From: Candidatus Scatovivens sp. | GTDB lineage: Bacteria; Bacillota; Clostridia; TANB77; CAG-508 | DNA: 32,000 nt | NCBI GenBank assembly: GCA_045646345.1 | Contig: JAZRKN010000014.1 | Span: forward strand, 1 to 32,000 | Direction: 5' to 3' | Part shown: positions 8,974 to 18,646 of the stretch, piece after piece | How positions within the stretch are numbered: the stretch's first letter is position 1 | How the letters are laid out: each line of letters starts with the position of its first letter | The notes under the pieces: generated by a model | What the model was told of the DNA's origin: nothing | Databases searched by the model: none | The model's input: the letters and a program-made list of their open reading frames with translations, nothing else | Made by a program: the position numbers and the translations under genes

Positions 8974-9927
8974 CTAGTTATCATATAGAGAGTCTAGATT
9001 GTCAAAAGTACTTTGAGTGTATTCGTAAGCGACTCTTTCAATTTGCTTTGTTTTCTTTTCTTTGTCTTTCAATGATTTCAAATAAGTATTTACTTCATCT
9101 ACAGAATGTAAGTCTTTATTATGCCAATCTGTAAGAAGTGTATCTATATAATCAAAACGAACTTTATTATTTGATGAAGCTTTTTTTAGAGCTATTTCTA
9201 TAACATCCATGTTATAACCATAATTTTCAGTCCATTTTACAATATCTTCTTCTTCATAAGTTGTTAATTTTCTGTATAGGTTTAATTTTTTAGAAATCTC
9301 ATTATTAATACTTCCACGTTTTTCTTGTTTTTCAAAATATGTATCTAAATCATTAAATGTTTTTATATTATTTTTACTCCATGCATCTGCTGTTGCTTGA
9401 ACGTAATTTCTGTGTAAAGCTCTTTTATCATAAGCATAATTAAAAAGAGCAAGCATAACTTGTTCATCAAATCCATATTTATTAAACCAAAGATCAATAT
9501 CATTGTACCAAGATGGAGACATAACTCCTTGGAAGAATTGAGAATTAATATTTTCAATTGCTTTTGCACGATATTGGCTCTGAGAACTCTTAATAGCATC
9601 TTCAGGAGAAGATGTTACTTTTGGAGAGTATAATTTTGCTAATTCTATTTCTTGGATATCGGCTAGAGTATAGCCATCTGTTTTCTTAACTAAAATACCT
9701 TTGTCTTCCCAGTATTTAATTGCATCTTGCACTGTTGGGAAATCCAAGGCAAGCGTTTTTGATAAGTCATTTATTTTAATTTCTTTATTGTATTTAGACA
9801 AAAAAAGCATATAGAAATATACTTTGATAAAATTACCATTTGCTTCTGGTAAATATTCTGTAAAAAACATATCTGGTATCTCTGTACTAGAAAATAGAAG
9901 AGATTTCTCGTTTTGAGATAATTTCAT
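8974..9927 (-). CDS. DnaD-domain replication initiation / membrane attachment protein (B. subtilis DnaB/DnaD-like)
   Basis: 317 aa with repeated DnaD-like segments (WFNKYGFDEQVMLALFNYAY..., IDTLLTDWHNKDLHS). It forms an operon with the helicase-loader gene. Confidence 0.75.
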   Translation of the reverse strand: MKLSQNEKSLLFSSTEIPDMFFTEYLPEANGNFIKVYFYMLFLSKYNKEIKINDLSKTLALDFPTVQDAIKYWEDKGILVKKTDGYTLADIQEIELAKLYSPKVTSSPEDAIKSSQSQYRAKAIENINSQFFQGVMSPSWYNDIDLWFNKYGFDEQVMLALFNYAYDKRALHRNYVQATADAWSKNNIKTFNDLDTYFEKQEKRGSINNEISKKLNLYRKLTTYEEEDIVKWTENYGYNMDVIEIALKKASSNNKVRFDYIDTLLTDWHNKDLHSVDEVNTYLKSLKDKEKKTKQIERVAYEYTQSTFDNLDSLYDN

Positions 9928-9984
9928 ATCAAAAACCCCTTTTCAAACTTTTTAAATTTATCTTCTTTTGTACAGTTTGAACAG

Positions 9985-10013
9985 ATTATATCATTTTAAA
10001 TTTGTAATTACAA
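9985..10013 (-). promoter_or_regulatory. Sigma-A promoter of the dnaD-like/dnaI-like operon
   Basis: The minus strand reads TTGTAA, 17 nt, TATAAT, with TGa directly upstream of the -10. Confidence 0.55.
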
Positions 10014-10163
10014 TAATAAATTTAAATCAATTTTTTAAAAGGATATAAACGATGTTTTACCTTATGATATTACAACATTTTTTTGTGATTATCTATACAA
10101 TTTTAAAAAATTATGATAAAATAATTTAGTCTTAAAAATAAAAGATTTAAAGGAGGACAAAAA

Positions 10164-10346
10164 ATGATAGATAAAGATATGAAAATTGGAGAATTATTAG
10201 CTCAATTTCCAGAGAAAGCTCAAGTTTTAGGAGCAGCTGGAATGGGATGTCTAGGATGCCCTGCAGCACAAGCTGAAACAATCGAAGAAGCTTGCCAAGT
10301 ACATGGAATAGATGTAGAAGAATTATTAGCAGAATTAAATAAATAA
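10164..10346 (+). CDS. DUF1858 / hybrid-cluster-protein-associated redox disulfide domain protein
   Basis: 60 aa. It shows the typical MKIGELLAQFPE...GMGCLGCPAAQAETIEEA pattern and an AAGGAGG RBS. Confidence 0.8.
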   Translation: MIDKDMKIGELLAQFPEKAQVLGAAGMGCLGCPAAQAETIEEACQVHGIDVEELLAELNK

Positions 10347-10350
10347 AAAT

Positions 10351-10378
10351 AAAAGGGCAGAAGCCCTTTTATTTTTTT
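10351..10378 (+). terminator. Rho-independent terminator
   Basis: AAAAGGGC-AGAA-GCCCTTTT followed by ATTTTTTT. Confidence 0.8.
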
Positions 10379-10395
10379 CTGTATTTGTCACAAAT

Positions 10396-10424
10396 TTGAA
10401 AAAAAATAAAAAAAGTGATATAAT
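10396..10424 (+). promoter_or_regulatory. Sigma-A promoter of the SleB-like lipoprotein gene
   Basis: TTGAAA (10396-10401), 17 nt, TATAAT (10419-10424). Confidence 0.5.
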
Positions 10425-10489
10425 TATAGAATAGGGACTTTGTAACTATTAACAAGCGCATATAATAATTTATAAGAGGGAACAACTTT

Positions 10490-11098
10490 ATGAGAAGAGA
10501 ACTGAAAGTATTATTAACCCTGGCAGTAGCATTAATGATGGTTTGCATTCTTGGATGCGGAGATGGTATGACCGCAAATGCGGAAAGTGACACGCCGAGC
10601 GATATCGTTGCAGTGATTACTCCTCCGACACAAGAAACAGAAGAACAAGTACAAGGAAATAATATTCAGTGGTGGCAAGGTGAATGGAAGACAGAATATA
10701 TTATAAATAGCGCCGGAAACGAAGTTAAGTTACGCTATTTAGATTCCATTATTTGGCCTGAATCTGAAGAAGAATGCTTGGCAAGATTTTTAAGCTGTGA
10801 AGGTGGCAACTACGAGGAAAAAACTCGTGTTGCTCAGCTAGTTGTGTGGAGAAAGTATGATTCTCATTTTGGCGACACAATCCAAGAGGTACTCAAAACC
10901 AATAGCTATTTTGCAATTTATCCTGAATTCTGGAATGAAAAGGCCGTTGTAACAGAGGAAGATTACGAAATTGCCAAAGAAGCGCTGAATAGCACAGAAA
11001 AACCAGAGTATGTGCATTATATCTTCAAAGAATTTTATGAAGATTTTGGACCAAAAGAAGATGTCTACATGACAGAAAATTTTGTGTTCTTTAACTGA
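10490..11098 (+). CDS. Lipoprotein with a SleB/CwlJ-type cell-wall hydrolase (Hydrolase_2) domain
   Basis: 202 aa. The signal peptide has a lipobox (VCILGC). The Hydrolase_2-like core is ECLARFLSCEGGNYEEKTRVAQLVVWRKYDSHFGDTIQEVLKTNSYFA, followed by EEDYEIAKEAL. G+C is clearly above its surroundings (30/60 counted in 10561-10620). Confidence 0.7.
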   Translation: MRRELKVLLTLAVALMMVCILGCGDGMTANAESDTPSDIVAVITPPTQETEEQVQGNNIQWWQGEWKTEYIINSAGNEVKLRYLDSIIWPESEEECLARFLSCEGGNYEEKTRVAQLVVWRKYDSHFGDTIQEVLKTNSYFAIYPEFWNEKAVVTEEDYEIAKEALNSTEKPEYVHYIFKEFYEDFGPKEDVYMTENFVFFN

Positions 11099-11106
11099 TA
11101 TCCTAG

Positions 11107-11147
11107 AAGCTGAAAAAAGTCCCGTTTCAGCTTCGGGATTTTTATTT
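11107..11147 (+). terminator. Rho-independent terminator of the lipoprotein gene
   Basis: GAAGCTGAAA / TTTCAGCTTC stem, with an alternative CCCG/CGGG pairing, followed by ATTTTTATTT. Confidence 0.6.
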
Positions 11148-11154
11148 ATAAATT

Positions 11155-11188
11155 TAAAAATTAAAAAGCGGTGCTTCTAGCACCGCTT
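11155..11188 (-). terminator. Rho-independent terminator of the DUF2142-like membrane gene
   Basis: On the minus strand, AAGCGGTGC-TAGAA-GCACCGCTT is followed by TTTAATTTTT. It lies right after the stop at 11197. Confidence 0.7.
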
Positions 11189-11196
11189 AATGTTTT

Positions 11197-12669
11197 TTAA
11201 AATAAAAATCTAGTACATATTTTAAGTAATATTCCAAAATTAATTAAAATAACTAAACTCCATAAATCATTTTTATTAACTTTTATAGATTTTTTTGAAT
11301 TTATAAAAATTGAAAGTACAGCTATGGGGATAAAATATCTTCCTTGAACTCCAATTACAAGTTTATTTCCAATTCCTTCATTTTCATTGTTTGCAGTCCA
11401 TTGAACATATAAAGATGTATGTATTATAAATATAACTAAAAATATAATTGTAAAAATTAAAAATTTAGACTTTTTTGATAATTTTATTTCACTTTCTTCA
11501 AAGAATAAACTTGCAATTAATGCAATAAAGTAAATAAAAGAGATAGTATTATCTACAGATATAGTATTGTGACATATCGTTGTGTTACCAGTTGTAAATT
11601 GATAAATATAGTATCCAAAGTTCTTTGTAATTGTTCTAATAAATGTTAATAAATAATCAAATGGATGATTGAATATATATTCTTTTTGATTTTCTATTAA
11701 AGGATAATATTCTAATAAATCTGTACCTACAAAGCTTAAATTAAAAATACATGTAAATACTAATATTAGGGTTAATATAAAACAATAAATATTTTTTTGT
11801 GTTATGTTTTTAAAGCATTCTTTTGGTAGTAAAAACATTATTAAGAATATTAAAGCGTAAACAATTTTTGCAAAACAAGATAGAATACCAAGTAATGTTA
11901 TAAGTAAGAATTCACTAAGTTTTATAGGTCTTTTTTCTTCATATAATTTATACCAAATTGCTATAAACAAAAACGCAGTAGCGTTTGTAAGAAGATCTCC
12001 TGTGAATGTTGTTACTATTGTGAGAGATATTGGCATTAAACAAAGAAATGCAATAAAGTCTTTTCTCTTTGGTATTAATTTAATTGTATACATAGAAACT
12101 AAAAGCCAAATAATAAAACTAAATATTCTTCCAGCAATAACTATCCAATAAATATCTGCGTTTAATAATGTTTTAAAAACAAACATAGGTAAAAGATATG
12201 TCAGATATGAAATTGGCGAATATAATTTGGCACCAATGTAATCTTTGGTATACAAGGTTTGGGATTCATCTATTTTTACATTTTTTAATTCTAAAGTGTC
12301 TTGTAAACTACGAACAGAATTTGCATCAATTATTGCTTTTGGAACAGCATCTTCTAAATTACTCTTTAATTCTTCTGGAACAGATATATCACTAAAAAAA
12401 GAATAAACTTTATAAAAATGAGCTCCTTCATCAATTCCATGCAGAATTGGTATTAGAAAAATTAGTATAATTCCTAATAATCCTGCAACTATTCCAAATT
12501 TTTTCTCAGTAGATAATTTTTTATAAGATATTATAAAAATATTAATTCCAAAAATTAAAATAGTAAGTAAGAGCATAAATAAATTGTTTAAGATTAAATC
12601 TGTTTCAAAAGAAAAAAATAAGTATACAAAAAAGTATAATATTATAAGAAATTTATATTCTTTTCTCAT
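11197..12669 (-). CDS. Polytopic membrane protein, DUF2142-like (possible glycan/arabinosyl-type transferase)
   Basis: 490 aa with at least 10 hydrophobic segments. The N-terminal loop motif HGIDEGAHFYKVY matches the DE..H motif I associate with DUF2142. Confidence 0.65.
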   Translation of the reverse strand: MRKEYKFLIILYFFVYLFFSFETDLILNNLFMLLLTILIFGINIFIISYKKLSTEKKFGIVAGLLGIILIFLIPILHGIDEGAHFYKVYSFFSDISVPEELKSNLEDAVPKAIIDANSVRSLQDTLELKNVKIDESQTLYTKDYIGAKLYSPISYLTYLLPMFVFKTLLNADIYWIVIAGRIFSFIIWLLVSMYTIKLIPKRKDFIAFLCLMPISLTIVTTFTGDLLTNATAFLFIAIWYKLYEEKRPIKLSEFLLITLLGILSCFAKIVYALIFLIMFLLPKECFKNITQKNIYCFILTLILVFTCIFNLSFVGTDLLEYYPLIENQKEYIFNHPFDYLLTFIRTITKNFGYYIYQFTTGNTTICHNTISVDNTISFIYFIALIASLFFEESEIKLSKKSKFLIFTIIFLVIFIIHTSLYVQWTANNENEGIGNKLVIGVQGRYFIPIAVLSIFINSKKSIKVNKNDLWSLVILINFGILLKICTRFLF

Positions 12670-12832
12670 TTTTTTAATCCTTTCGATTCAATAAAGTGTT
12701 AAAAAGAATATATCATTGATATGAGAAAAATTCAATATAACTTTAAAAGATTTTAGATAATGAAATTGATAATAAAAGAGTGTTAAATTTTGATTAAAAA
12801 TAATGACTTTTAAAATAAAATAATATATAATG

Positions 12833-12861
12833 TTGACAGCAAATTTTAAAGAATATATAAT
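12833..12861 (+). promoter_or_regulatory. Sigma-A promoter of pcrA
   Basis: TTGACA (12833-12838), 17 nt, TATAAT (12856-12861). AAGGAG RBS precedes the ATG at 12915. Confidence 0.6.
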
Positions 12862-12914
12862 ACAAACAAAAGTTTTATAATTACTTTGAAAATAGTTACA
12901 ATAAGGAGAATTTC

Positions 12915-15242
12915 ATGAATTTATTAGAAGGATTAAATGACAAGCAATATGAAGCAGTTGTAAACACAGAAGGTCCATGCTTAGTTATAGCTGGTGCAGG
13001 AAGTGGAAAAACAAAAGTATTAACACATAAAATTGCTTACTTAATGGGAGAAAAAGGGGTAAAACCTTGGGATATTTTAGCTATAACTTTTACAAATAAA
13101 GCAGCTAATGAAATGAAATCAAGAGTAGAAGGCTTAGTTGGTGATGTAGCTAAAGATATGTGGATTGGAACATTCCACTCAATATGTGTAAGAATATTAA
13201 GAAAACAAATAGATAGAATTGGTTTTGATACATCTTTTATAATATTTGATACATCAGACCAAAAAACATTAATAAAACAAATAATAAAAGGACAAAATTT
13301 AGATGATAAATTATTTTCTGACAGATCAGTTCTTTCTGAAATTAGTAATGCTAAAAACGAAATGCTAGAACCAGATGCCTATAGCGTAAAAGCAAGAGGT
13401 GATTTTAGAAAAGAAAAAATAGCAGAAATATATGAAATTTATCAAAGAAAATTAAAAGAAAATAATGCAATTGATTTTGATGATATAATCAACTTTACAA
13501 TAAAAATATTATTAGATAATCCAGATTTATTAGAATATTATGCAGGAAAATTTAAATATGTTTTAGTAGATGAGTACCAAGATACAAACAAAGCTCAATT
13601 TACTTTAGTAACATTACTTGCATCAAGATATGGAAATATAACAGTTGTTGGAGATAATGACCAAGGAATATATTCATTTAGAGGGGCAGATATTTCAAAT
13701 ATTTTAAATTTTGAAAAAGATTTTCCAGGAACAAGAATTATAAAATTAGAGCAAAATTATAGGTGTACACAAAGTATATTAAATGCAGCAAATGAAGTTA
13801 TAAAAAATAACGAAACAAAATACGAGAAAAAACTTTGGACTGAAAATGAAAGAGGAAAACTTCCAAAAGTATTTAGAGGAGATAATGAATATGATGAAGC
13901 AAACTTTATCGTAAGAAATATTAATACTCTAAAAATGGAAGAATATTATAAATATTCTGATTTTGCTGTTTTATATAGAATGAACTCTCAATCACGTGCA
14001 ATAGAAGATATTTTAAGAAGAGAAAATATACCATACAAAATTGTTGGTGGTTTAAAATTCTATGAAAGAAAAGAAATCAAAGATATTATTGCTTACTTGA
14101 GATTAATACAAAACCCATCTGATAATTTGAGTTTAACAAGAATTATAAATGAACCAAAAAGAGGGGTTGGAAAAACAAGTTTAGATAATATTGATAGTTT
14201 AGCTGCTGACTCTGGAATTTCAATGTATGAAATAATAAGAGATGCGGATAAATATGGTTTAAATAGAGTATTTGCCAATACAAGAGAATTTATTTCTGTA
14301 ATTGAAGAATTAAGAAGTAAAAAAGATGATATGAAAATATCTGATTTAATTAAAGAAACTTTAAATAAATCAGGATACACAAGAGCTTTAGAACTTGAGA
14401 ATACAGTAGAAGCTGAATCAAGAATTGAAAACTTAGACGAATTTTTAACTGTTGCAATCGAATTTGAAGAAGAATCAGCAGATAATTCTTTAAGTGAATT
14501 CTTAGAAGGAATTACATTAAGTTCTGATTTAGATGGAATGGAAGATTCAGAAGAATCAGTAACATTAATGACTTTACATAGTGCTAAAGGACTTGAATTC
14601 CCAGTTGTATTTTTAGTAGGAATGGAAGAAGGAATTTTCCCAGGATATAAATCAATTGGAGAACCTCAAGAGCTTGAAGAAGAAAGAAGACTTTGCTATG
14701 TTGGAATAACAAGAGCAAAAGAAAATTTATTCTTAACATGTGCTCGTCAAAGAACAATTTTTGGTTCTACAAGTTGCAACAGTGTATCTAGATTTGTTAA
14801 AGAAATACCAGCAAATATGCTTGATGGTTATGAAGATATTGAAGAAAGAAACAATAGATATCCAGATAATGATAATGGCTATAATTGGGAATATGGACAA
14901 AAAAGATCATATAATGACTCTTATGGTGGAGGATATTATGGTGGCTCTTCAGTATCTACTTATAGAGATATAGCAGCTGCATCAAAAGGAAAATCAACTA
15001 CTTTCCAATTTAGAAGTGCAGATAGTTTCTTAAATAGTTTAAATACAAATAAAAATAAAAACGATGATTTAGATTTATCATCTTTCAAAGCAGGAGTAAG
15101 AGTTTACCACAAAAAATTTGGTGAAGGAACAATTAATTCTGTTGAAACAGAAGGTGAAGATTTAAAAGTAGATATTAGCTTTGATAAAGCTGGACATAAA
15201 CGACTAATGGCTAAATTTGCAGGACTAGAAATTATAGAGTAA
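12915..15242 (+). CDS. pcrA: ATP-dependent DNA helicase PcrA (UvrD family, SF1)
   Basis: 775 aa. Motifs are AGAGSGKT (Walker A), VDEYQDTN, TLHSAKGLEFPVVFL and RLCYVGITRA. A Gly/Tyr-rich linker precedes a C-terminal Tudor-like tail (VYHKKFGEGTI...). Confidence 0.95.
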   Translation: MNLLEGLNDKQYEAVVNTEGPCLVIAGAGSGKTKVLTHKIAYLMGEKGVKPWDILAITFTNKAANEMKSRVEGLVGDVAKDMWIGTFHSICVRILRKQIDRIGFDTSFIIFDTSDQKTLIKQIIKGQNLDDKLFSDRSVLSEISNAKNEMLEPDAYSVKARGDFRKEKIAEIYEIYQRKLKENNAIDFDDIINFTIKILLDNPDLLEYYAGKFKYVLVDEYQDTNKAQFTLVTLLASRYGNITVVGDNDQGIYSFRGADISNILNFEKDFPGTRIIKLEQNYRCTQSILNAANEVIKNNETKYEKKLWTENERGKLPKVFRGDNEYDEANFIVRNINTLKMEEYYKYSDFAVLYRMNSQSRAIEDILRRENIPYKIVGGLKFYERKEIKDIIAYLRLIQNPSDNLSLTRIINEPKRGVGKTSLDNIDSLAADSGISMYEIIRDADKYGLNRVFANTREFISVIEELRSKKDDMKISDLIKETLNKSGYTRALELENTVEAESRIENLDEFLTVAIEFEEESADNSLSEFLEGITLSSDLDGMEDSEESVTLMTLHSAKGLEFPVVFLVGMEEGIFPGYKSIGEPQELEEERRLCYVGITRAKENLFLTCARQRTIFGSTSCNSVSRFVKEIPANMLDGYEDIEERNNRYPDNDNGYNWEYGQKRSYNDSYGGGYYGGSSVSTYRDIAAASKGKSTTFQFRSADSFLNSLNTNKNKNDDLDLSSFKAGVRVYHKKFGEGTINSVETEGEDLKVDISFDKAGHKRLMAKFAGLEIIE

Positions 15243-15247
15243 AAGAA

Positions 15248-16990
15248 GTGAAACAAATGGATTATCAAGAGTTAATAACTTCATACAACAAAAAAGGTTT
15301 GGATATAACTGACTTGAAAGAAAAGTTAGAAATAGCTAAGCCTTTAAAAGGACGTCCAAAATTTAGAGCTCTTGATATGATTGCTAAGAGATCAGCATTA
15401 ATAAATGATACAAGCAATGTATTGATAATTTCAGAGATACCAGATAAAGTAGAAGTATTTTTTGAAGATACTGCAACTGTTTTAAGAGAATATTTTGAAG
15501 TATTAATAGATTCTATAAAAAGTGCAAAAGCATGGAAATTTATGAAATTAGTGCCAACAGAATATTCAATAGAAGTGTTTGAAAAATTATCAGATGAAAA
15601 AATGTTTGAAATGCTACTTGTTCTAAATCAAAAGTATTTAGGATTTTTGGAGTATCAAAAAGTTGCAGATATTAGAGATTGTTTAAGAAATGGTAATAAC
15701 GAAGAAACAATTAGAAGACTACAATTTTTAATGAATATGTTTTCGTCGTTTAAAAATGAAGAAATAAAAAATGAATTTTTCTGTTTTGATAAAAAATTCT
15801 TAATGGCATTAATAGATTTTAGAAAAAGTAAAAGTTTAAGATTGGAAGACTTTATAAAATCTAAAAAGAGAAATGTTCAACAAGAATATGATAAGTTTAT
15901 TAATTTCTTTTCAAATGAAGATTTTAGAACAATTTCAGAAGTTTTGGTATTAACAAGTAAAACATTAAAAACTACTGTTGGAGATATTACAGAAGCGTTT
16001 AGTGAATTATCTGAATCAGAAGCTGAAATTAGTTATTTAAAAGATGAATATAAAGAATTCAAAAAATTAGAGAAAAAATTCTTACGAATGAAAGTTGTAA
16101 GAGTACAATGGGAAAAAGAAAAAAGAATAAAAGAAAAATTAGAATTAGTTAGACAAATTGCTGAAGAGAAAAAGAAAAAACAACAAGAGGAAGCACATAG
16201 GCAGAAATTAGAGGAGGAGTTAAAGCAACAAGAAAACGAAATTAGAAAGAAACTTCTTGAAGCTAAATTTAAAGAAAAATTACAACAAGCAAATAAATCT
16301 ATAAAAGAGCAAGTAAATCCAATAATTTTTTCTTGGTTGGAAAAAGAAGATATTACTTTAACAAGAAGATTAGGGAATAAAGTTGTAATAGAAATGTTTG
16401 ATAAAATCAAGAAAATTGAGGAAAAGACTGGAATTAGAGCATCTCTTTATTTGGTAACAAATGCTGAAAAAGAAGTTGCATTAAAGAGATTACATGATTT
16501 TAAAAAGAAAGCTACAACAAATGGACTTCCAGATTTAGTAGAAGGTATTTTAGGTGGCTATAGTACTTTTAAAATAGATAAAACAGGTAAAATTATAAAT
16601 ATTGCTGTAATGTCTGAAGTAAATAGAAAAAAAATAATTAATTTACTAGAAAACACAAAAGGGTCAAATTTATTAAGAGAAAAATTAATATCTGAAACAG
16701 ATTCATATTTAAGATATCAATTAACAGATAGAAATGATAAATCAATAACAAAAGAATATTTGAATTTGTCTATAAAAAATATATTAAAAGATGAAAGAGT
16801 TCGTAGACAACCATTAAAATTCTTACCATATATGGAAGGAAAATGTGCAGGTATAGATGTACTTTTAGAATCACAACTAAAAGGAATTTCACAACTTCCA
16901 GAATATTATAAAAATAAATATAATATAGCTCCTGGAAAAACAATAAATGTAAGGATTGACCAAATAGAAAATTTTATAAATAGTAAATAA
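15248..16990 (+). CDS. Hypothetical 580-aa protein with a central Lys/Glu coiled-coil, probably co-transcribed with pcrA
   Basis: The ORF starts 6 nt after the pcrA stop, with GTG at 15248 and an alternative ATG at 15257. No promoter or terminator lies between them. The central segment is KEKRIKEKLELVRQIAEEKKKKQQEEAHRQKLEEELKQQENEIRKK. No recognisable family. Confidence 0.7.
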   Translation: MKQMDYQELITSYNKKGLDITDLKEKLEIAKPLKGRPKFRALDMIAKRSALINDTSNVLIISEIPDKVEVFFEDTATVLREYFEVLIDSIKSAKAWKFMKLVPTEYSIEVFEKLSDEKMFEMLLVLNQKYLGFLEYQKVADIRDCLRNGNNEETIRRLQFLMNMFSSFKNEEIKNEFFCFDKKFLMALIDFRKSKSLRLEDFIKSKKRNVQQEYDKFINFFSNEDFRTISEVLVLTSKTLKTTVGDITEAFSELSESEAEISYLKDEYKEFKKLEKKFLRMKVVRVQWEKEKRIKEKLELVRQIAEEKKKKQQEEAHRQKLEEELKQQENEIRKKLLEAKFKEKLQQANKSIKEQVNPIIFSWLEKEDITLTRRLGNKVVIEMFDKIKKIEEKTGIRASLYLVTNAEKEVALKRLHDFKKKATTNGLPDLVEGILGGYSTFKIDKTGKIINIAVMSEVNRKKIINLLENTKGSNLLREKLISETDSYLRYQLTDRNDKSITKEYLNLSIKNILKDERVRRQPLKFLPYMEGKCAGIDVLLESQLKGISQLPEYYKNKYNIAPGKTINVRIDQIENFINSK

Positions 16991-16999
16991 TAAAACAAA

Positions 17000-17036
17000 A
17001 ATAAGTATAATGAAGATCATTATACTTATTTTTTTA
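17000..17036. terminator. Bidirectional terminator
   Basis: Perfect 14-bp stem AATAAGTATAATGA / TCATTATACTTATT with a 3-nt loop. T-runs follow on both strands. Confidence 0.85.
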
Positions 17037-17042
17037 TAAATC

Positions 17043-18485
17043 TTAAATTATATCTTTTAATATTCTAGCCATTTGAACACCGTTAGCAGAAGCCATTATA
17101 AGACCTCTAGTAACACCGCCACCATCACCAATTGAATATAATCCTTTTATACTTGTCTCAAAATTATTATCTATAACAATTTCGTTTGAATAGAATTTTA
17201 TTTCTGCTGCATATAGTAGGTTATCTGGATTAGCAAAACCAGGAACAACTTTATCCATTGTTTGTATAAATTCTAGAATATCAACCATTGTTCTATAACC
17301 AATAGCATAAGTAATATCTCCAGCAACAGCTGTTTTTAATGTTGGTACAACAGAGTTTGCTTTTAAATCTTTATCCCAAGTACGTTTACCATTTAAAATA
17401 TCACCTAGTCTTTGAACTAATACATTTCCCATTCCTAATTGATTTGCATTTTCTCCGATATTAACACCATATTTAATTGGTTCTTCAAATGGATCATTGA
17501 AATGATGAGAAGCTAAAATTGCTAAATTTGTATTTGTGCTTTTTTTATTTTTATAAGAGTGACCATTAACTAAAGTTAAATCATTATCATAGACTTCATT
17601 AGCAACAAAACCACTTGGATTTTGACAGAAAGTTCTAACTTTATCTTTATAAGGTGGTAGATAACCAACAAATTTACCTTCGTAAAGATATTCATTAACA
17701 TCTTTCATTACTGAGTCTGGAAGTTCATATCTAACACCAACATCAACGACACCAGCACGATTTTTTATTGAGTGTTTTGCACACATTTCAGAAAGCCAAT
17801 TTGCACCTTTTCTTCCAATTCCTAACACAACATTTTCAGAATATATTTCCACATCTTTTGAACAATCTGTGGAACCTGAAGGTGAAATTATAACACCACA
17901 AACTTTATTATTTTCTACAATTAAATCTTTAACATTTGTTTCAAACATTATTTCAACGTTATTTGCTAAAATATAATCTTGAATTTTTTTATAAAGTTCA
18001 TGACTTTTTTCTGTTCCTAAATGTCTGATAGGGCAGTTTGCTAAAATAATATCATTTTCTTTAGCTCGATCTGCTATTTCTTGTATTTTATCTAAATTTT
18101 CTAATCCTTCGACATGAGGATCTGCCCCAAATTTTAAGTAGATTTCGTCAGTGTAAAACATTAAATCTTTTGTTTTTTCAACACCAAGATATTTATGAAG
18201 AATACCACCAACTTCAATTGAATCACTATCTTTGTTTGGAAGAGTAAGTTTTCCATCAGAAAAAGCTCCTGCTCCAGAGAATCCACTAGTAATACTACAA
18301 TATGGTTTGCATTTTACACATTTACCTGCTTTTTCAACAGGACAACTTCTTTTATCTACTGCTTTTCCTTGTTCAACTAAAAGGATTTTTTTATCTTTTG
18401 CAATTCCAAGTTCTATAAGTTCATAAGCTGTAAAAACACCACTAGGGCCAGCTCCGACTATAATTAAATCATAATTTTTATTCAA
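17043..18485 (-). CDS. FAD-dependent protein (COG2509-type uncharacterised NAD(FAD)-dependent dehydrogenase)
   Basis: It has an N-terminal DLIIVGAGPSGVFTAYEL dinucleotide fold and a C-terminal GDGGGVTRG. I place the start at the TTG at 18485, 5 nt after a GAGGTGA RBS. The ORF-track ATG at 18515 lies inside an extended -10 box (TGTATAAT, 18507-18514 on the minus strand). Confidence 0.85.
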   Translation of the reverse strand: MNKNYDLIIVGAGPSGVFTAYELIELGIAKDKKILLVEQGKAVDKRSCPVEKAGKCVKCKPYCSITSGFSGAGAFSDGKLTLPNKDSDSIEVGGILHKYLGVEKTKDLMFYTDEIYLKFGADPHVEGLENLDKIQEIADRAKENDIILANCPIRHLGTEKSHELYKKIQDYILANNVEIMFETNVKDLIVENNKVCGVIISPSGSTDCSKDVEIYSENVVLGIGRKGANWLSEMCAKHSIKNRAGVVDVGVRYELPDSVMKDVNEYLYEGKFVGYLPPYKDKVRTFCQNPSGFVANEVYDNDLTLVNGHSYKNKKSTNTNLAILASHHFNDPFEEPIKYGVNIGENANQLGMGNVLVQRLGDILNGKRTWDKDLKANSVVPTLKTAVAGDITYAIGYRTMVDILEFIQTMDKVVPGFANPDNLLYAAEIKFYSNEIVIDNNFETSIKGLYSIGDGGGVTRGLIMASANGVQMARILKDII

Positions 18486-18589
18486 TTTAATCACCTCACA
18501 AGGCATATTATACAATGGAAAAATAATAAATAAAAGAATTGTTTTTTTATGGTGAATAGTATATAATAAATATTAACATATCAAAAAGA

Positions 18590-18625
18590 CGAAAAAAGCC
18601 TATCGAAAGATAGGCTTTTTGTTTT
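18590..18625 (-). terminator. Rho-independent terminator of the frameshifted gene
   Basis: AGCCTATC-(4 nt)-GATAGGCT with T-runs on both strands. Confidence 0.75.
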
Positions 18626-18646
18626 ATCATATTCAATTAATTTTTA

